Positions 39,930 through 43,382 of a DNA stretch of 43,382 nt are shown piece by piece; the stretch's first letter is position 1; each line of letters starts with the position of its first letter. The notes below the pieces were generated by a model. That model was not told where the DNA came from and ran no database searches. It saw only the letters and a list, made by a program, of their open reading frames with translations. The DNA lies in contig JANNVX010000022.1 in assembly GCA_031414595.1 (NCBI GenBank), forward strand, positions 1-43,382, in the 5' to 3' direction. The stretch comes from Deinococcales bacterium (lineage in GTDB: Bacteria > Deinococcota > Deinococci > Deinococcales > JAAFIG01). Position numbers and translations under genes: made by a program.

Positions 39930-40747
39930 AGCAACTTATTTTTGAAAACCCCGAAAGCCTAGCGAAGGCTGCCGCACAATCTTTTGGGGAATTGGCACAA
40001 GAGGCGATAACTTCTCGAGGGCGGTTCAATGTGGCATTGGCAGGTGGCAGCACACCCAAAGTGATTTACGAAAAACTGGCAATACTGCCCTTACCTTGGG
40101 CGCAAATTCATTTTTTTTGGGGCGATGAACGGCTTGTACCAATCACTGACTCGAGGTCAAATTACCGCATGGTATTTGAGGCGCTACTCGAGAAAATACA
40201 GATTCCACCTGAAAATGTGCATCGGGTTCAAACTAGGCTCGAGACTGAAATGGAAAATCATGTTCTCTTACAGGGAGACCACTTCTTGACCACAACTACA
40301 GCACCTTCGGGCTTGGGTCGCAAGGGTCTCCCCTACAAAAAACCATTTGCCGTAGGGGAGGGGCTTGTCCCCTCCCTGCCCTTTACGGATTCTGATTTTG
40401 AACACATCCTCAAGTCGTACATTACCGAACTCGAGGGTCTGCAATTTGACTTAATACACCTTGGACTCGGCACGGATGGACACATGGCTTCACTTTTCCC
40501 CGCCACCAACCTCGAGATGAATGCACTTGCCCAGCTGACTTTCCCTACGGCTGGACTCGAGCCTCAAGTGCAGCGCATCAGCCTGAGCTTACAAACCATT
40601 AACGCTGCTCGAGTTAAACAATTTTTTGTGACTGGCACAAGTAAAAAACCCATTCTCGAGCAGATTAGAAACGGTGTAGATTATCCTGCTGCTCAAGTTC
40701 AAAATGCCCAATGGTGGTTAGACCAAGCTGCCAGCACAGACGAGTAG
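39926..40747 (+). CDS. pgl: 6-phosphogluconolactonase with in-frame repeat-derived insertion
   Basis: ALAGGSTP, WGDERLVP, SNY, LGLGTDGHMASLFP; extra segment between ENVHRV and FDLIHLG. Confidence 0.92.
   Translation: MKQLIFENPESLAKAAAQSFGELAQEAITSRGRFNVALAGGSTPKVIYEKLAILPLPWAQIHFFWGDERLVPITDSRSNYRMVFEALLEKIQIPPENVHRVQTRLETEMENHVLLQGDHFLTTTTAPSGLGRKGLPYKKPFAVGEGLVPSLPFTDSDFEHILKSYITELEGLQFDLIHLGLGTDGHMASLFPATNLEMNALAQLTFPTAGLEPQVQRISLSLQTINAARVKQFFVTGTSKKPILEQIRNGVDYPAAQVQNAQWWLDQAASTDE
40271..40378. repeat. Inverted doublet of GTAG-type REP hairpins inside pgl (40271-40336 minus; 40352-40378 plus)
   Basis: cagggagacc-ac[39 nt]aag-ggtctcccctac and gtaggggagggg-cttgt-cccctccctg. Confidence 0.8.
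40283..40321 (+). mobile_element. 39-nt dispersed element inserted in a REP loop
   Basis: ttcttgaccacaactacagcaccttcgggcttgggtcgc; removing it restores the acaag loop. Confidence 0.75.
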
Positions 40748-40755
40748 AATACGCC

Positions 40756-41847
40756 ATGCCCAAATTTGATTGGATCAAATACTTCCCCCTGATTTGGCTA
40801 ATTTTCATGATTTTTCCTGTGCTAGGCGTACTCGAGAAACCCCGTTTGGTTTTAGAATATATTTTTGCATTTGGCTTACAAATCAGTTTCATCGGTGTTT
40901 TCATTTGGTGTTATTACATTGCGCCTTCTGATTATGAACTCGAGCTTCGTCCCGCCAGTTCTTTTGGCATGATTTGGTCATTGTTGATGTTTGCCCTACT
41001 TTTTCCAATGATTGGTTGGGATGGCGTGGGCTTTTTAATTTACAGTGGAACTTTTGGTGGTTTTCAACGTTCGGCTCGAGTTTTTGCAATTAACGTAACC
41101 CTGATTTCTGTTTTTATTGGCATTCTTGTGGGGCTAAATATCTTATCTTGGCAATTTTTGATCATGCCTTTTTTTGCTGTGGTCGGCGGGGCGGGTAATC
41201 ACATCGGGTATTTGGCGGGAATCAGCAGCCGTAATCTTCGCACTGCCCAAGCCGAGGTCGAACGGATTGCCCAACTTGCCGAACGCGAACGTATCGCTCG
41301 AGATGTCCATGACCTGATGGGACACAGCCTAAGTGTGATTGTCCTTAAAGCCGAATTAGCAGCGCGGTTACTCGAGAAAAACCCACCAAGAGCCAAACAA
41401 GAAATCCTTGAAATTGAACATTTAGCCCGCTCTGGACTACAAGAAGTGCGAGCCGCCGTGCGAGGCTACAGAAGCCTCAATTTAAGCAGTGAACTCGAGA
41501 ATGCCAAACTTGCCCTAAGTGCCGCCAGCATTAAACTCGAATTGCTTAGCCTGCCTTTGCAACTCGAGTGGGCGCAAGAAAGTGCGCTGGCGTATGCGCT
41601 GCGTGAAGCCATCACCAACACGATTCGGCACTCGAGCGCTCAGGTTTGCTGGATTACCCTAGAACCACACGGCACAAATGCCCAACTCGAGATTTGGGAC
41701 GATGGAAGCGGCACAATCACCGAAGGCAACGGGATTAAAGGAATGCGCGAACGCCTAGAAAAAGCAGGTGGGCAACTCAGACTCGAGACGAGTAACGGCG
41801 CTCATGGGATGCGCTTACTTGTACCACTACAAAAGGTGCAAGCATGA
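40756..41847 (+). CDS. DesK-like sensor histidine kinase (HisKA_3)
   Basis: Multiple transmembrane segments; ERERIARDVHDLMGHSLS; REAITNTIRHS; GNGIKGMRER. Confidence 0.93.
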   Translation: MPKFDWIKYFPLIWLIFMIFPVLGVLEKPRLVLEYIFAFGLQISFIGVFIWCYYIAPSDYELELRPASSFGMIWSLLMFALLFPMIGWDGVGFLIYSGTFGGFQRSARVFAINVTLISVFIGILVGLNILSWQFLIMPFFAVVGGAGNHIGYLAGISSRNLRTAQAEVERIAQLAERERIARDVHDLMGHSLSVIVLKAELAARLLEKNPPRAKQEILEIEHLARSGLQEVRAAVRGYRSLNLSSELENAKLALSAASIKLELLSLPLQLEWAQESALAYALREAITNTIRHSSAQVCWITLEPHGTNAQLEIWDDGSGTITEGNGIKGMRERLEKAGGQLRLETSNGAHGMRLLVPLQKVQA

Positions 41848-42446
41848 TTCGGGTTTTACTAGCCGAAGACCAAACCCTTGTTTTGGGTGCATTATCGGCA
41901 CTGCTCGAGCTAGAAGACGATATAACTGTGGTTGCCCAATGCACCGACGGACAAGAAGCCCTAGAACAAACCCTGCGCTTACAACCTGATGTGATTTTGA
42001 CCGATATTGAAATGCCGTTCATGACTGGACTTGAGTTAGCCGCAGAACTCAAAAAACAAGGCTGTCAAAGCAAAGTAATTATTGTTACAACCTTTGCCCG
42101 AAGTGGCTATCTGCGCCGCGCTTTAAAGGTTGGGGCAGCTGGCTATTTACTCAAAGACACACCCGCCTCGCAACTTGCCGAAGCCGTCCGCCGAGTCCAC
42201 CAAGGTTTACGCGCCATAGACCCGAACTTAGCCGCCGAAGCATGGAGCGAACCCGACCCACTAACCGACCGCGAACGCCAAGTCTTGCGCCTAGCTGCAA
42301 CAGGAATCTCGAGCAACGAAATAGCTGGGCTTTTAGGTTTATCCGAAGGCACAATTCGCAATTACTTATCTGAAGCCAGTAGCAAACTGGGCGCGAACAA
42401 CCGTATCGAAGCGGCTCGAATTGCCCGAGAAAAAGGGTTTTTATGA
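41844..42446 (+). CDS. DesR-like NarL/LuxR response regulator
   Basis: VLLAEDQ, DIEMP, TTFARSGY, LTDRERQVL, GTIRNYLS. Confidence 0.94.
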   Translation: MIRVLLAEDQTLVLGALSALLELEDDITVVAQCTDGQEALEQTLRLQPDVILTDIEMPFMTGLELAAELKKQGCQSKVIIVTTFARSGYLRRALKVGAAGYLLKDTPASQLAEAVRRVHQGLRAIDPNLAAEAWSEPDPLTDRERQVLRLAATGISSNEIAGLLGLSEGTIRNYLSEASSKLGANNRIEAARIAREKGFL

Positions 42447-43223
42447 TTAACGATAATTTGTGCCTTCGTCGCGTTTGTAAGCCCAGACTGCCAGCGCCAC
42501 AAATACAACCGTGTAGCCTAAAATCCAAATCAGGTGTTCTAAACTGCTTTCGCGGTTAATGCCGACCGCCGCTCGAGCAAACGCACCACTGTGGTACGAT
42601 GGTAAGTACGGCGCGATCTGCTGCATAATTTTTGGTAAAGTCTCGAGCGGTACAAATAAGCCCGAACCAAAAGCCATTGGGAAAAAAACCAAATTGATAA
42701 TTGGACTGGCCGTCTGAGCGCCTTTGGAAACATAACCAATAAATGCACCTAGGGCAGCAAAAGGAAGCATTCCGATTAAGGCTCGAATCAGCATCTCGAG
42801 CCAAATGTTTAGCGGTTGGTCTAAGTTAATGCTGAATTTTCCATAAACCAGTAATAAAATTAGGGCAACAGCAGCTAAACCGAGTGTGGCGAGCATTTTT
42901 GCGCCCAGTACCTGCCATACCTTCATCGGTGTGACCCGAACCAATTTATAAAAACCTTGAGCGCGTTCCGAAGCAATCCCAATGCCAATGTTAAAGAATA
43001 CAGTTTGAATCGCACTGTACGCCGCAAAAGAACACAGCAAGTATGCCCCTACCGAGAATCCATTGATTTCACGTCCAGCGTTGGGAATTCCAAAGAAAGT
43101 CCAGAACATAATTGGAAAAATAAAAGTTGGTACAAGTGCGGACGGTGAACGCAGCACCGCAATCATTTCGGTATACAACAAGTAAGTAAATGCTCCTAAA
43201 CTCGAGTTGGTGGTGTTTTGCAT
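42447..43223 (-). CDS. ABC-2 type exporter permease
   Basis: Six transmembrane segments; IASERAQG...VTP; GSGLFVPLETLP...PYLPSYH; RBS aaggag. Confidence 0.9.
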   Translation of the reverse strand: MQNTTNSSLGAFTYLLYTEMIAVLRSPSALVPTFIFPIMFWTFFGIPNAGREINGFSVGAYLLCSFAAYSAIQTVFFNIGIGIASERAQGFYKLVRVTPMKVWQVLGAKMLATLGLAAVALILLLVYGKFSINLDQPLNIWLEMLIRALIGMLPFAALGAFIGYVSKGAQTASPIINLVFFPMAFGSGLFVPLETLPKIMQQIAPYLPSYHSGAFARAAVGINRESSLEHLIWILGYTVVFVALAVWAYKRDEGTNYR

Positions 43224-43242
43224 TTTTGCTCCTTTTAGATTT

Positions 43243-43382
43243 TATACCAAATTTACTTAGATAGTATTTAATCATCGAGCCAGCTAAAACCAGCCCGACC
43301 ACGAACCAGTTCAGGATTCTGCATCAGAAAAGCACAACGGTCACACAAAATATCTTCCAAAGCATCCAAATCAGCAAAGATA
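43243..43382 (-). mobile_element. Right end of an IS630-family element (transposase C-terminus 43268-43381, truncated by the window edge)
   Basis: Minus frame IFADLDALEDILCDRCAFLMQNPELVRGRAGFSWLDD* resembles IS630 transposase C-termini; followed by ...aaatttggta-TA, consistent with a terminal inverted repeat and TA target. Confidence 0.6.

Overview
A 43.4-kb bacterial chromosomal segment of roughly 45-50% GC. Its gene set looks like Deinococcota (inference from protein resemblance only). Most genes are ordinary: galK, a Liv-type ABC transporter, two two-component systems, fabI, leuB, ftsK, gntK-gnd-zwf-pgl, ferritin, hydrolases, two toxin-antitoxin pairs, a Ser/Thr kinase, a solitary C5 DNA methyltransferase and the end of an IS630 transposase. 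The unusual biology is in the repeats. (1) The palindrome CTCGAG occurs about 240 times by hand count, roughly 25-fold above random expectation, in all reading frames and between genes, like cyanobacterial HIP1. GGCC and GATC are strongly avoided. (2) A very small element of exactly 39 nt (TTCTTG...CAGCACCT..CGGGCT..CGC) occurs four times, always inside or abutting another repeat: twice in the loop of GTAG-type REP hairpins, once at the end of a heptamer array, and once nested in another copy of itself. (3) The REP doublets carrying this element are read in-frame within pgl and within the methyltransferase C-terminus. (4) Short 7-8-mer tandem arrays fill several intergenic gaps. An unannotated peptide with a lasso-type YxxPxL leader motif overlaps the start of the first lipoprotein gene. 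All counts are manual and all homology calls are from motif recognition, not database searches.
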